A stretch of DNA of 64,000 bases, taken from a virus. The translations under genes were made by a program, and so were the position numbers. Position 1 is the stretch's first letter, and the number at the start of each line of letters is the position of its first letter. The notes under the pieces are model-generated. The model saw only the letters and a program-made list of their open reading frames with translations, had not been told where the DNA came from and did no database searches. Below, one piece after another: positions 54,601 to 64,000 of this stretch. Location: positions 96,001 to 160,000 of IMG/VR virus record IMGVR_UViG_3300007511_000003. One strand, given 5' to 3'.

Positions 54601-57302
54601 CCTCTGCTAGTTCCTTGTTAGATAAAACTTGGGACGTAGTAAAATCTGTTTCTCCGATAGGATTTATTTCTAGTGCCCTTGGTGGTCTCTTTGGTGATGA
54701 TACTACCCCTGTTGATTCTGCTGTAGCGGGTGCCCAGGCAAAAGAGGCTTCTCTGTTATCTAAGGTAGGGGACGCGGTATCCTCGATTAATCCCTTTGGT
54801 TTGATTTCCAAAGGGCTAGGCGCCATCTTTGGTGATGACTCAGCCCCAACGCCAGATGAAACCAAGGCCGCCGTTCAAAGTGCCGCTGATAGGGCAATGT
54901 CGGCAGGGCAATCCTTGCTGACCGCCACTAAAAATATTGTAGACTCAGTACCTATCTTGAGTACTATTTCGTCAGGAATCTCCAGTTTATTTGGAGGAGA
55001 CGCCTCCGTGGCGTCTCCTGTTGGAGTAGCCCCTGGTGCTACGGTGCCCCCTCAGACTATTGAACAACACATGGACCAATGGGTGGCTTCTGCCGCGGTC
55101 CCTAACTCTGTTGTACAAGCCTCTGAGAATACTCATTACTCTTTTGTTGAAGCCCAGCGGGTACAATGGGTACAAGAGGTAACGTCTGCTATTAGTGCCC
55201 CTTCTGGCGAAGACCTGCAGATGTTTAGGCTCAAGTTCCTGAAACGTTTGCGGGACCTCAAAACAGATTGGATGAAAGGACGTGAATCAGAGGCTCGCTC
55301 TTTGGCGGCGGAAGTTTCTGCTCCTGTGGAGAGTGGTTTCCTCGCAGGGCTAGGAAACCTTTGGGATTCTGTAGCATCAACTGCTCAGAACGTGATACAA
55401 GTCGTGGCCCCGAAAGTACAGGCCGCAATCCCTGCTATTACGGCGGCCACTCAAAAAGGACTGGAGTCGGTGGCTCCTGGTGTGTCTCAAAAGATACAGT
55501 CTTTCACAGGAATCGACCAATCTACGATTAAAGGTACCGGGGGTACCCCTCCAGTGCCATCCGGTGCTATCACTTCCCCATCGTATGCCATGCCTCCAAC
55601 TACCATGGGAGGACCGGGCGCAGCCTCTGGTGGGCAGTCGATACCTACTGGTTCCGCAGGGTCCGTGCGGGCTCCGCAGGAAGCGACTCGGGCAGTACAA
55701 GAGCAAAAGATAGGAGATGCTACTCCTAAAGGTCCTACGGCCCAAGGAAGTACAAGACCTGTCGTGGCCTCGGCTCCGAGAATAACGGCTCCAACACCAC
55801 CTAGTACAACGACAAGGGTTGGGCCTGCCCCTGCTAAAGGTGGTGGAGGTTCGCCCGCACCGCCTAAGCCCCCAAAACCAGCGACACCCACAATCAAACT
55901 TCCATCGGGGCCTGTTCCGCCTTCCCCTGCTACTATGGCGGCAGCAGTAGGTCCTGCAAAACCAAAAGAAGGAGGTCTTTGGGGTGCCTTGAAGTCTGGT
56001 GCCTCTGCGGTGGCATCTGGGATCGGTTCGCTGTTCTTCGGAACAGCGGAAGCGGCGTCGGCTCCCACGACCAAGGGGTCTGCCCCTGCCCCTGGAAGTG
56101 CTGGTTCACCCACCAGCCAAGCACTTCCCGTGGTTGAGCCCGCCGCTATAACTACACCCGCACCTACTGCGTCTTCTACAGTCGTTCCTTCTGGTACTCC
56201 TATCCAACCTCCCGCGAGATCCACAAAACCGAAAGGTCAAGTTACAGGTGGGATGGCCGGTGTAAAGGCCATGATTAAACAGCACGAGGGCCTACGTCTT
56301 AACGTGTACAACGATAGTGTTGGTCTACCAACAATTGGGTACGGCCACCTCTTGCGCCCACACGAGAAACATCTAAGGTCCATCTCAATGCCCCAAGCGG
56401 ATGCCATGTTCGAGACGGACTTTACCCATCATAAAAAAGCCGCAGAACGGATTCCTGCTTTCCCCCAGATGAGTGAAGCTGGTCAGGGCGGACTTATTGA
56501 CCTAACATTCAACATGGGGCCTGCTTGGTACAAGAAGTGGCCTAACATGATGAGCCAACTCAAGAACGAAGATTACGAGGGCGCAGCCAATAATCTACTG
56601 GACTCAAAGTACGCTCGACAGGTACATGGACGTGCCAACACTGTGGCATCCTTGATACGGGCAGGGGGTGACGGATCCCCATCGGCAGATTCAGGTCCTC
56701 CTCCCGAGACATCAGCTGCTATTGGTGAATCGGTATCTGCAGCTGTGCCCACAGGGGGTCCTCCAGCGGGATCTGGTGGCGGAGGGGCGCCAACATCGCC
56801 TCAGGTCCCTGAAGTGCCTGGAGCGGCCTCTCCAAGGGCAGGAGGTGGTGCTATCCCGACAGGCGGAGCCATCATAAACGGTTCGACAGTTCCTGCAGGG
56901 CTTGGCCTTCCTTCTGTCCGCAGTGGTACCCAAGGTGAATCTCCTGGCTCTCGGGCAGGGTTCCCTTCCGTTCGTCGTGGTCGTAGGGGAGGTAAAGCGG
57001 CTCCCGCCCGTGGAAGAATTCGTGAACGCCAACGACCTTCCGTAGTATCGGGTGTGACCCAACCAGCACCGAATCCGTCTGCTGTGTTGGCAGAAGCAAC
57101 ATCCGCCAATAATTTACTTATGAGTGAACCCCGGGCCAAAAAAGAGGCCCGTGTTGCTTCGGGTGGTCCACCTCGTGGTGGAGGTGGTGCGGCTCCTGCT
57201 CCAACTGATGCTCGCGGTGGCAAAGGTGGGGGTGGTTCACCAGAAAAGAAAACATCCATCGACGACCCCTTGTTGATGCTGGCTTCTATGGAGTTATTTT
57301 AA
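51621..57302 (+). CDS. Tape measure protein with C-terminal T4-type (GH24) lysozyme domain
   Basis: 1893 aa; coiled coil, 11-aa G/A/S repeats and ~50-aa PFGLISKGLGAIFG repeats; HEGLRLNVYNDSVGLPTIGYGH...FNMG at ~56271-56667. Confidence 0.9.
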   Translation: MADFPTLGGVSDSISNALGGVFGESFGGIFVPEAEKLHRQLTSVVARLKTTEKFIQVDAEAKLTLEQELATAREDDNQEQIDLLTRQMEAMERLQELMEDQDAQSYQEKVLDREALNAEQAAALITHMRQVSENMDVLQDRMEGSGADIVGAYRDTIMDQRVDNAHRMTMLQELVSNVKETGKSPEVVAQLERLSRQSNLTEAQLATVGSTLDGYQKHLQELGGIRDLQEQTQALLDNQDVDAGVRQQQLEQFISHLSTFDDFGSEVASLRDATKDGADLNREQLEEVRRVMDRVSDKTTEAKTLHSLRELNTNFDRAIMTNEQLSEGLTENKLQEKFKANPSLVAEGREMANTGMSLLLSQISPALGMVDQAFGGALSSMLEALLASAVGKIGSVVAAPFRGMANMVTSTVSGILSPVRDTATGAFSSLTAGVTNRVGMAMTAMKDKLARGVGSMVGHVQNGLGSLANSPMVTSAFDSIKNLGNKGMLKFGEMVGHVQGFASKGMTALGGLTSRVTSSIGSLVSSGTASLSGMAGQARTTFGSLTSSVTSTLGGLAAKGKASLAGLASSGRGSLGRLASKGVASLSGLASKGLDLLGSLKDKMGEPALPGGGGPLRKIGKMFGPVGKLLSKAAPLLSKAAPIAMAGMALVDGVSAISRSADIFGKAEGEKTSLGEDISAGLGGALSGFTMGFIGEDTLAKGIHGVGSAVSDAVSGIGNVLTFGLFSDDDGGKEDKKKKEKEVPKVEPKYVEPPSLLNRMSFGLFGDDGTTEEEAKAAKRKAIIPAQVDGVAPEEQKALVDTHMQSYISDAEVPAGVAGDQFKTNQLVYAERSNWVSEAESADLQPNLMAKRNFRAQMTSKVHGQWAPEQQTQESEVAQAEAKAVATVPAGAEEAPSILDKVLDVASMVSPIGIIGKGISGLFGKEDPAVVDQAVLGAEAQEQSLLSKVGSAVASLTPFGLISKGLGAIFGDDSAPDPVAAEAVAQRSASEASASASSLLDKTWDVVKSVSPIGFISSALGGLFGDDTTPVDSAVAGAQAKEASLLSKVGDAVSSINPFGLISKGLGAIFGDDSAPTPDETKAAVQSAADRAMSAGQSLLTATKNIVDSVPILSTISSGISSLFGGDASVASPVGVAPGATVPPQTIEQHMDQWVASAAVPNSVVQASENTHYSFVEAQRVQWVQEVTSAISAPSGEDLQMFRLKFLKRLRDLKTDWMKGRESEARSLAAEVSAPVESGFLAGLGNLWDSVASTAQNVIQVVAPKVQAAIPAITAATQKGLESVAPGVSQKIQSFTGIDQSTIKGTGGTPPVPSGAITSPSYAMPPTTMGGPGAASGGQSIPTGSAGSVRAPQEATRAVQEQKIGDATPKGPTAQGSTRPVVASAPRITAPTPPSTTTRVGPAPAKGGGGSPAPPKPPKPATPTIKLPSGPVPPSPATMAAAVGPAKPKEGGLWGALKSGASAVASGIGSLFFGTAEAASAPTTKGSAPAPGSAGSPTSQALPVVEPAAITTPAPTASSTVVPSGTPIQPPARSTKPKGQVTGGMAGVKAMIKQHEGLRLNVYNDSVGLPTIGYGHLLRPHEKHLRSISMPQADAMFETDFTHHKKAAERIPAFPQMSEAGQGGLIDLTFNMGPAWYKKWPNMMSQLKNEDYEGAANNLLDSKYARQVHGRANTVASLIRAGGDGSPSADSGPPPETSAAIGESVSAAVPTGGPPAGSGGGGAPTSPQVPEVPGAASPRAGGGAIPTGGAIINGSTVPAGLGLPSVRSGTQGESPGSRAGFPSVRRGRRGGKAAPARGRIRERQRPSVVSGVTQPAPNPSAVLAEATSANNLLMSEPRAKKEARVASGGPPRGGGGAAPAPTDARGGKGGGGSPEKKTSIDDPLLMLASMELF
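54507..54847. repeat. 41-bp near-identical repeat, 300 bp apart, in the tape measure gene
   Basis: TCCAAAGGGCTAGGCGCCATCTTTGG(G/T)GATGACTCAGCCCC. Confidence 0.85.
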
Positions 57303-57967
57303 TGCCCTCAGTTATAGCCATTGATGCAGTTCGGCAGGATCCGAATTCTCAAATCCGATTGACCTCTGAAGACGGTGCCGTCCCTTCGATCATTGGGTTT
57401 ATTACCGATGATATGCAGGTATCAGGTGCCGCTGAGTACAACGCTCCTTTTGAAACAGCGATGGCTAAGCAGAGCATACGATTAAACGCGCTCACCACCT
57501 TGGCCAACGACTGGTTCGGTGCTAAGATTCCACAGATGCAACTCAAGTCACGGGCTCATACTGTGAACATGTGGGTGTCCTCGCAACGTCCTAGCTTCCT
57601 GGTGTCTTTCTTATACCCGGCTCTTCGTGAAGGGGAAGACATTGTGGACAACGTAAAGTATCTGGTGGGTGCTACCTACCCGGATGCCGAAGATGGTGCC
57701 ATGACCACCTTGTTGGAAGCACCTAACGGCTACGCTGTAGGCGCTGGCGGGGCTCAAGACTTGACAACTGGTACCTCCCTGGCAGGTACTTGGATGTTGG
57801 AATATGGCCGGTGGTTCCGGGCAACCAACCTGGTCTTACGCTCTGCTTCTGCTACCATGTCCAAAGAGATTACTCCTTATTCCGGGCCTCTCTACGCCAA
57901 GATTGACGTGACGCTTGAACCCTACAGGTTGATTTCAGCAGAAGAATTCCATGACTACTTCCTGTAG
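57302..57967 (+). CDS. Putative baseplate/tube-initiator protein
   Basis: Follows the tape measure gene; PLYAKIDVTL. Confidence 0.6.
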   Translation: MPSVIAIDAVRQDPNSQIRLTSEDGAVPSIIGFITDDMQVSGAAEYNAPFETAMAKQSIRLNALTTLANDWFGAKIPQMQLKSRAHTVNMWVSSQRPSFLVSFLYPALREGEDIVDNVKYLVGATYPDAEDGAMTTLLEAPNGYAVGAGGAQDLTTGTSLAGTWMLEYGRWFRATNLVLRSASATMSKEITPYSGPLYAKIDVTLEPYRLISAEEFHDYFL

Positions 57968-57975
57968 GAGCCTAC

Positions 57976-58365
57976 ATGTTTTTCTTTGATCCTGATGTTG
58001 AGTCTGCCGATCGTTATGACCTATCCAAGTTTATGGCCTGGCGCGAGGACACCTACGATTTCCTTGACAGCCTATTCCTAGAACAGTTACGGTTGATCCC
58101 CCATAGGGGAGAGTTCATCATTCAAAACGAGGAACGTAGGCCCGACCTGATTGCTTGGAAGGTGTACAGGGACGTTCGGTACTGGTGGCTTATTCTACAC
58201 TATAATGATATCCCTGACCATGAAGAGCTCTTGTCTGGCATGGTTCTCAAACTCCCCTCTATCTCGGATGTAGAAGACCTGTATTTCAGGCTCCGCGCTC
58301 TTGAACGGTCTGCCGAAAGGTCAGGGGCTGTTAACCTTCCAACACTTGTGGTGACAGCAGGATGA
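57976..58365 (+). CDS. Baseplate wedge protein, gp53/LysM-like
   Basis: RPDLIAWKVY...YWWLILHYN...GMVLKLP. Confidence 0.85.
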   Translation: MFFFDPDVESADRYDLSKFMAWREDTYDFLDSLFLEQLRLIPHRGEFIIQNEERRPDLIAWKVYRDVRYWWLILHYNDIPDHEELLSGMVLKLPSISDVEDLYFRLRALERSAERSGAVNLPTLVVTAG

Positions 58366-59489
58366 TAGGCGTTGATGGCCAATACTTACTTTCATTCTCT
58401 CTTGGGGGCTTAACGGATTTCCTCGAGGAAGAGGACATCATTGACTTTGTCCTCATCGAGGATGCAGGTAACATCCTACCTACCTTTGAACTTAAGGTCC
58501 TGATTCGTGATCAATCGGTGATCTCCAAGTTTAACGAAGGTAACGTCATGAGTCTTTCATTTGGTGCCACCAAGGACGCCATGATTGACACCAGGCTAGT
58601 TATCTTTCGGTCGAATGTAACTCGTGCTGGTAAAGGTTCCTACACGTTGGTCATTCGCGGTATGTATGATGCCATCCCTTACATCTCGGATCCCAAGCTC
58701 AAGACGCACGATGCCAAGTCAGCAGTGGAAACCATCCAGGCTGTAGTGGGTTCTCACTTCACGCCAGACATTGATCCTGGTACTTCCTCCGATAGCCAGC
58801 AATGGTGGCAGTTTAATACCTCGGATAAAAAATTTGTTTCCGACTGTTGGATGCGTACCGATTTTCCCAACTCCTTCCCCCTTATTGGTATCTCCAGTGA
58901 TGGTAAGTTTCGTATGCGGGATGCCAAGCAAGCGGCAGGTCAATCTCCCGCTTACACATTCTCCTACGACCCAAAAGGACCTAAAGAAATAGGCATCGAA
59001 GGCGACTATTTTGCGGACTCCAATACGGGGTTTATGAATCTCTGGAAGGGATATGGAGAAGACCGCTTGATCTACGACATTGAAGCCGGTACCTCTAGTA
59101 CCGTGTCAGAAGAAGCGGAGCCTGTACTAGCCCTATCTAGTAGCCTAAACCGAAAGTCTGGTATGGGTAAACGAGTAGGGCAGATCGCGTTCAACAGTGA
59201 AAACGTGCACAACAATTACTTCGCAGCACAGAACCGTAACCAAATGAACCTAGCGGTATTCAGCTCTGCTAAGGTAACGTTCTCTTTTAGCAGTGCATTA
59301 CTCCCGGTACGGGTACTAGACCTTATTATGTTCAAGGATGACAAACCAAACAAAGCAGAAGCCGCCGATCATTACACAGGTCTTTGGTTTGTTACCAAGG
59401 TAAGTCGATCGGCTGGAGCCAAGCAGTTTACCACCCTATTGGAGGTGTGTCGTGAGGGCTTCAGCGATACCCAAGGGAGCTTCAAATAA
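58362..59489 (+). CDS. Baseplate hub protein (gp27/gpD-like)
   Basis: 375 aa before the spike gene; YTGLWFVTKV. Confidence 0.7.
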   Translation: MIGVDGQYLLSFSLGGLTDFLEEEDIIDFVLIEDAGNILPTFELKVLIRDQSVISKFNEGNVMSLSFGATKDAMIDTRLVIFRSNVTRAGKGSYTLVIRGMYDAIPYISDPKLKTHDAKSAVETIQAVVGSHFTPDIDPGTSSDSQQWWQFNTSDKKFVSDCWMRTDFPNSFPLIGISSDGKFRMRDAKQAAGQSPAYTFSYDPKGPKEIGIEGDYFADSNTGFMNLWKGYGEDRLIYDIEAGTSSTVSEEAEPVLALSSSLNRKSGMGKRVGQIAFNSENVHNNYFAAQNRNQMNLAVFSSAKVTFSFSSALLPVRVLDLIMFKDDKPNKAEAADHYTGLWFVTKVSRSAGAKQFTTLLEVCREGFSDTQGSFK

Positions 59490-60241
59490 TGTCCATGTTC
59501 AAGATTGGAGAGCACATCAAAAAGCCGAACCTGTTATCGGTTCCCCACATGGGCACAGTGGTAGACAACATGGATCCGAAGAAGCTGGGTCGGGTGAAGT
59601 GTACGATTCCGACTATCATGGATGGCGCTCCAGATAAATTACCTTGGATCTATCCGATGGCGCCTATCGGGCTTGGTGGAAGCCTTGAGAGCTGCACCTT
59701 TTCTGTACCTGAGATGGACTCACGGTTGACCATAGTGTTTCCTTTCGATGACGTTCATGCTCCATTTTATATTGGATACTGGCGGTCTGAGAAGACACAA
59801 CCACATGAAACGTTTGATGAGAGCGAGGAAGGTGCCAAGTACCCAGAGATTTATGGGCACATCAACAGCAAAGGGGATTGGTTCCTGATTGCCAAGGACC
59901 AAGAATGGATGAAAGCCTACCACCATACTGGTACCTTTATTAAAGTAGACAAGTATGGTGACGTGTACATCGAGCAGGTTCGTGACATGTACATGGAAAA
60001 CGCTCGTGACATATTTATTGAGAATGGGCGAGACATCCAGATTGGGAATGGTCGGGATATTGTTCTGTCCAATGGGAATGACATCGACATTGTTAATGGT
60101 AACAACATCACCATTAACAACGGAACGGACATCAACATTGACACTGGTGGAAACGTCACGATTAACGTTGGAGGTAATGTCGATTTGACGGCTGGCGGTA
60201 ACGTGCGGGTGACCGCCGCCATGATTTTTCAAAATTCGTAG
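59489..60241 (+). CDS. Baseplate spike (gp5/gpV/VgrG OB fold + beta-helix)
   Basis: GTVVDNMDPKKLGRVKC, LPW, VPE; 8-aa NGxDIxI repeats. Confidence 0.9.
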   Translation: MSMFKIGEHIKKPNLLSVPHMGTVVDNMDPKKLGRVKCTIPTIMDGAPDKLPWIYPMAPIGLGGSLESCTFSVPEMDSRLTIVFPFDDVHAPFYIGYWRSEKTQPHETFDESEEGAKYPEIYGHINSKGDWFLIAKDQEWMKAYHHTGTFIKVDKYGDVYIEQVRDMYMENARDIFIENGRDIQIGNGRDIVLSNGNDIDIVNGNNITINNGTDINIDTGGNVTINVGGNVDLTAGGNVRVTAAMIFQNS

Positions 60242-60250
60242 GAGCCGGTA

Positions 60251-60556
60251 GTGCCAAATGATAGTCGTATTAGTGACATTGGGGTAGGGATTTGCTGTTG
60301 CCATTGTCCTGCCTGCTGTATTGGAATGTCAGGACATCTTATTACAGGGGCTTCCACCGTTATCTACGAGGGGATGCCGACCTCTCGGTTGACAGATATC
60401 GTGCTGGGCTTCTGTGGTCACACAGGTACAATGGTAACGAGTAGTACCACGGTTATAGTGGAGGGCTTGGGTACTGTTCGTATAGGGGACAATTTTGAGG
60501 GGTGCTTTACAGGTGTACTTGTGACAGGGGCCTCTACAATCATTTCGGGAGGGTAG
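60251..60556 (+). CDS. PAAR-like spike tip protein
   Basis: SRISD, TGASTVIYEGMPTSRLTD, CGHTG, VRIGD. Confidence 0.85.
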   Translation: MPNDSRISDIGVGICCCHCPACCIGMSGHLITGASTVIYEGMPTSRLTDIVLGFCGHTGTMVTSSTTVIVEGLGTVRIGDNFEGCFTGVLVTGASTIISGG

Positions 60557-60557
60557 T

Positions 60558-61958
60558 ATGTTACGCGGAGCCGATAACTGGGTTAACGCCCATGATTACT
60601 TAAAGAACCAGATTTTGATTTATAATTACCTGGATGAGGAGCAACGTCATAAGGTCATGATGAAGTTTTGGATCCTGGATGGTGTTATTTTAATAGAGGA
60701 TGGAGGCGAAGGTATAGACACGGATGTAATGTCTCCTATGAACCATGTGAAGAGCCTCCTGAATGAGTTAAAGTTCCTTGATCGGTACATTCGCACCAAG
60801 GATGGTCTCTTGCTTTTTGGTGAGGAACCGTTTGATCTGATGGTGTCCAAGCGTGAAGCAAACATGGCGAAATGGGTTACAGACCCTTACCTGCCTTCTT
60901 GTCAGATTGTGGTAGGGGACGACGGGCTCCCACGGGTTGTTGAAGGTTCTTGTCGGAATAAATACGACTACGAGATGCCCTTTAATAGCCGACCAACTTT
61001 ATTAACCTCTGAGCAGTTCGAAGAGTTATACCAATTGTTCAAGGTAAAGCAAGAGGCTGGTGAATTGTCTACTGCTTTTGATATCATGGTCAGCCTAACC
61101 GATTACAATTTGGACCAGGAGGCATTCTCCACAGAGACCGCCATTAATGGTTATGGGGTTAAAGAAGGAACCTTTGAAGAGTCGGCAGTCGCTGGTCAAA
61201 AGAAAGCCATGGGGATCGACTATAACGTGGTTCGCGAGATGCAAAGGATTCATGAGGAACTATGGCCCTACATACAAAATTTGAATCCGCCATCACCTAC
61301 GCCCCCACCCGCTGAGCTTATTGACACCGACGCCGAGCCAGACCCTGAAACTGGTGAACTACCAATGAAGCCTAACCCGCTCTCTTGGCCCTCCAGTGTC
61401 GTGGCTATCGCAGGGTTTCCACAGAATAGGGTACAAATCGAAGCTCTGGGAGGTGAAGGCCCTTCGCACAAAGGTATCATACCTGTTGGGGGTGGTTACC
61501 TTTTCCGCTTCCTAAACGTTGACGGTACTGTGAATACCACTATTCCCGACCCATCAGCGGAACCCCCAATTGATTATCTGGATGCTGGTATCCAATACGG
61601 GGATGTTGAGTGGGACGTCTCCAATTTTTCTTGGGTGCACTATTATATCGAAACAGACGATGATGAAGGTACAGAGGAATCCCACCTACATAAGTTAAGC
61701 AGTGGAGACTTTACAGGGTTCCCTCATGGGGCAGATACTCCTGGGGCAGGCACCCAAGAAAGGTTCCTCTCACTCGCCGAGCGTTGGGCTAATTTGAATG
61801 ATATACGAGAGAACCGTATACAACAGACAGGCACGCGTGTAACGGTGGAAAGTCAGTGGAAGATACTGTCTGACCATATACGCTATTTGGAGACCATTAA
61901 GGACCAGAAACAACAGTATGGTGACACCTTGAAGGAGATTTGTCCGGAGTTTACCTAA
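60558..61958 (+). CDS. Acidic hypothetical protein in the baseplate cluster
   Basis: 466-aa ORF between the PAAR-like and gp25 genes. Confidence 0.65.
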   Translation: MLRGADNWVNAHDYLKNQILIYNYLDEEQRHKVMMKFWILDGVILIEDGGEGIDTDVMSPMNHVKSLLNELKFLDRYIRTKDGLLLFGEEPFDLMVSKREANMAKWVTDPYLPSCQIVVGDDGLPRVVEGSCRNKYDYEMPFNSRPTLLTSEQFEELYQLFKVKQEAGELSTAFDIMVSLTDYNLDQEAFSTETAINGYGVKEGTFEESAVAGQKKAMGIDYNVVREMQRIHEELWPYIQNLNPPSPTPPPAELIDTDAEPDPETGELPMKPNPLSWPSSVVAIAGFPQNRVQIEALGGEGPSHKGIIPVGGGYLFRFLNVDGTVNTTIPDPSAEPPIDYLDAGIQYGDVEWDVSNFSWVHYYIETDDDEGTEESHLHKLSSGDFTGFPHGADTPGAGTQERFLSLAERWANLNDIRENRIQQTGTRVTVESQWKILSDHIRYLETIKDQKQQYGDTLKEICPEFT

Positions 61959-62353
61959 TGACCATATATTCTGACATGAACCAATATAAGTTTGGGCCGC
62001 AGATTAAGCCCATGCTTCATGACGTGGAGCCGGTTTACCAGTCTATTAATAATATTCTGGCGACTGATCCTGGCGAACGTCTCATGAATCCTGAGTTTGG
62101 ATCGCGTTTGCGCGACTTGTTAATGCAACCGATTGATGCCATTACTACGAGTGAAATCTATGCCGCTGTGGTTCAGGCAATCAAGCGTTGGGAGCCGAGG
62201 GTAATTTTAATTCATGCGAAGTCGAAGGTGGTGGCGTTCCCTGATGAAAATCGGTACGAGGTCCAACTCTATTTCAAAATCCGAGGCATTGAAGGCCAGG
62301 TGTTCGATTACATTGGGTCCGCAGTGAAGCTTGGGAAAACGGCGGTGTTTTAA
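61958..62353 (+). CDS. Baseplate wedge/sheath initiator (gp25)
   Basis: QSINNILATDPGERLMNPEFGS...IKRWEPRV; TAATG start at 61958. Confidence 0.93.
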   Translation: MTIYSDMNQYKFGPQIKPMLHDVEPVYQSINNILATDPGERLMNPEFGSRLRDLLMQPIDAITTSEIYAAVVQAIKRWEPRVILIHAKSKVVAFPDENRYEVQLYFKIRGIEGQVFDYIGSAVKLGKTAVF

Positions 62354-64000
62354 ATGGCTATCAAGATAATCGATCCCAAACAGGCGTCCTATGCGAAGGT
62401 CTTCGAAGACCTCCAGAAGAATGTTGAGGCGCGTGTTGACTTCAATAGCTGGAAAGATTTCTACGAAAGCGGTAGTGGTGTTACCGTCACCCAGTTGTTG
62501 GCAGGTCTCGGTTCCTTTTTGTCCTACAACTCTCTGGCTTCACGCCGTGAGAGCGGTCTTTACACAGCCAAACTCCGCAGCTCTCTTTACAGCCTTTGCG
62601 ATACTCTAGGTTATCCCCCAAACCGAAAACTCTCCGCTCAACTCCGCCTACAGATGACTATCAACCAACCTCAGTTCTGGGACCGTACGATCCCTCTCGG
62701 GGTTCTAGGTGGTGTTTCTTTGTCCTTGATCGATAGTCATCATTTTACAGGTGGTGACCACCTCATTAACGTGGTATGTGGAGAGTGGGAAACCTTTACT
62801 TATACATCTGACACCAACAGGGCGTTCGCTGAGATCCAGTTTCCTGACCTGGATATTGACGCGATTGATAACCGGTTTATCGAGCTCTACATCAACGGCG
62901 AAAAGATCGAGCTTACCCTGTACCCGGAAGAGATGACGGAACAGAACGTCCTACTCAAAACAATGGCGGATAGGCTGTCCTTGGTCTTTGGGTTCCAAAA
63001 TCTGGGTCGCCAGCTTCTTAAGGGAGATAACATAGAGCTCAAGTATATCAGGGTCCACGGGGTCCCAACAACGGGCTATAACTTACCGAATGCCCAGCTG
63101 GATATCGAGGGTGTGGTTGCTCATGACATGCAGTTGATTGAGAACCTCGCTGCCCCTGACCCAATGATTAAGCTGACGCGGGTAGCCAGTGGTTACTTTG
63201 CCTCCAAACGTCGGATGGTTTCACGTGAGGATCACGAGTTCCTTATCATGAGCTATGAGGGCATCATATCTGCCAAGGTTAATCCCGGTTGGTGTCAGAT
63301 CGAGGATGGTGAAGGGAACATCACCAACTATTACGAGAAATATTTCTCACCCAAGGAATGCCGTGAAGCAGGAGGTAATTGGAAACGCCCTTTTGAGTGT
63401 TGTACCATCGAGATCGCTTATCTATACATTGATGAGCACATTATGCTGGATACCGAAGAGGACCACATCTTAACCTATTTGGATGAGTTCCGGATGCAAG
63501 GCGAAGAGATCATTTTTCGGGACCCAGAAGTTGTATTGGTAGACGCACAGGTCGTGATTGTGATGCAAGAGGGTACGGATACTGCAGGGTTTGATGATTA
63601 CATGCGGGATGCCCTTGAGAAGCAGATGTTTATCCTAGGGGGTAAGTTTTCGACGGCGGAGATTGTAGCGGCAGGTAATATGTTGGATGGTGTTATCAGA
63701 ACTTATTTGACCAAACCTATCGCGGACCGTCAACTCCCCTTCTGGAAGTACTTCAAGCTGCGTACGGTAGCTGTGACCTACACGACTGACCAAGCAGAAG
63801 TGCTTGAGTTTGGTTCCTCTCCTGATAGTGGTTACCAGCAGGATTGTGTTTACGGGGCTCTTTGCTTACACATTGCCAAAGGTGGTGAGGGTAACACTGG
63901 TGAGTTTGAGATCTGGGTTGACGGCCAGTTGTGGCGTACAGAGACGACCGACGTTCCTTACAACTCTACTGGTGAATGGGACTTCCTGTCACTCGAGGAA
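62354..64000 (+). CDS. Baseplate wedge protein (T4 gp6-like), truncated by the window edge
   Basis: Manual translation of the start: MAIKIIDPKQASY...WKDFYESGSG...ESGLYTAKLRSSL...LGYPPNRK; absence from the ORF track is consistent with no stop before the edge. Confidence 0.85.
   Translation, partial: MAIKIIDPKQASYAKVFEDLQKNVEARVDFNSWKDFYESGSGVTVTQLLAGLGSFLSYNSLASRRESGLYTAKLRSSLYSLCDTLGYPPNRKLSAQLRLQMTINQPQFWDRTIPLGVLGGVSLSLIDSHHFTGGDHLINVVCGEWETFTYTSDTNRAFAEIQFPDLDIDAIDNRFIELYINGEKIELTLYPEEMTEQNVLLKTMADRLSLVFGFQNLGRQLLKGDNIELKYIRVHGVPTTGYNLPNAQLDIEGVVAHDMQLIENLAAPDPMIKLTRVASGYFASKRRMVSREDHEFLIMSYEGIISAKVNPGWCQIEDGEGNITNYYEKYFSPKECREAGGNWKRPFECCTIEIAYLYIDEHIMLDTEEDHILTYLDEFRMQGEEIIFRDPEVVLVDAQVVIVMQEGTDTAGFDDYMRDALEKQMFILGGKFSTAEIVAAGNMLDGVIRTYLTKPIADRQLPFWKYFKLRTVAVTYTTDQAEVLEFGSSPDSGYQQDCVYGALCLHIAKGGEGNTGEFEIWVDGQLWRTETTDVPYNSTGEWDFLSLEE

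Noticed and set aside
1-64000. Genome-wide stop-codon reassignment (TGA=Trp)
   Set aside because: Long genes are intact in the standard code, TGA ends many genes (ATGA overlaps), and no UCA-anticodon tRNA is evident
1-64000. CRISPR array
   Set aside because: No regularly spaced 25-45 bp repeats with unique spacers; the direct repeats found are intragenic duplications

Overview
This window is 64 kb of a large contractile-tailed (myovirus-like, probably jumbo) dsDNA phage genome, with no host genes and no CRISPR array. Bases 1-16 kb are a minus-strand head/neck and accessory block. It holds an NAD-dependent DNA ligase split in two by a free-standing Zn-ribbon/PD-(D/E)XK endonuclease, a type IB topoisomerase, a STAS anti-anti-sigma protein, and many small proteins sharing N-terminal tags (HQQALARL, MKxLRVLA). 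RuvC and a sigma-like protein follow. At 20.6-23.3 kb is an RNA cluster with canonical tRNA-Gln and tRNA-Ala, several aberrant or chimeric tRNAs, and two structured non-tRNA RNAs. One of these RNAs (20942-21198) carries the 23S rRNA GTPase-associated centre (helices 43-44, the uL11/thiostrepton site) split by a ~195-nt structured insert; it is the most striking observation here. Bases 25-42 kb encode type IIA topoisomerase subunits, QueC, two tandem RNA polymerase alpha-CTD-like proteins, a catalytically dead ligase-like domain, and a hairpin-rich candidate origin beside a PolA-superfamily (TV-Pol-like) protein. Bases 42.6-64 kb are the plus-strand virion operon: scaffold, decoration protein, capsid, sheath, tube, a chaperone with a probable +1 frameshift, a tape measure protein with lysozyme, and the baseplate. 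Two promoter classes are visible: sigma70-type TTGACN-N17-TACAAT and a phage-type TGTAAATA. All calls come from reading motifs by eye; no database searches were run.
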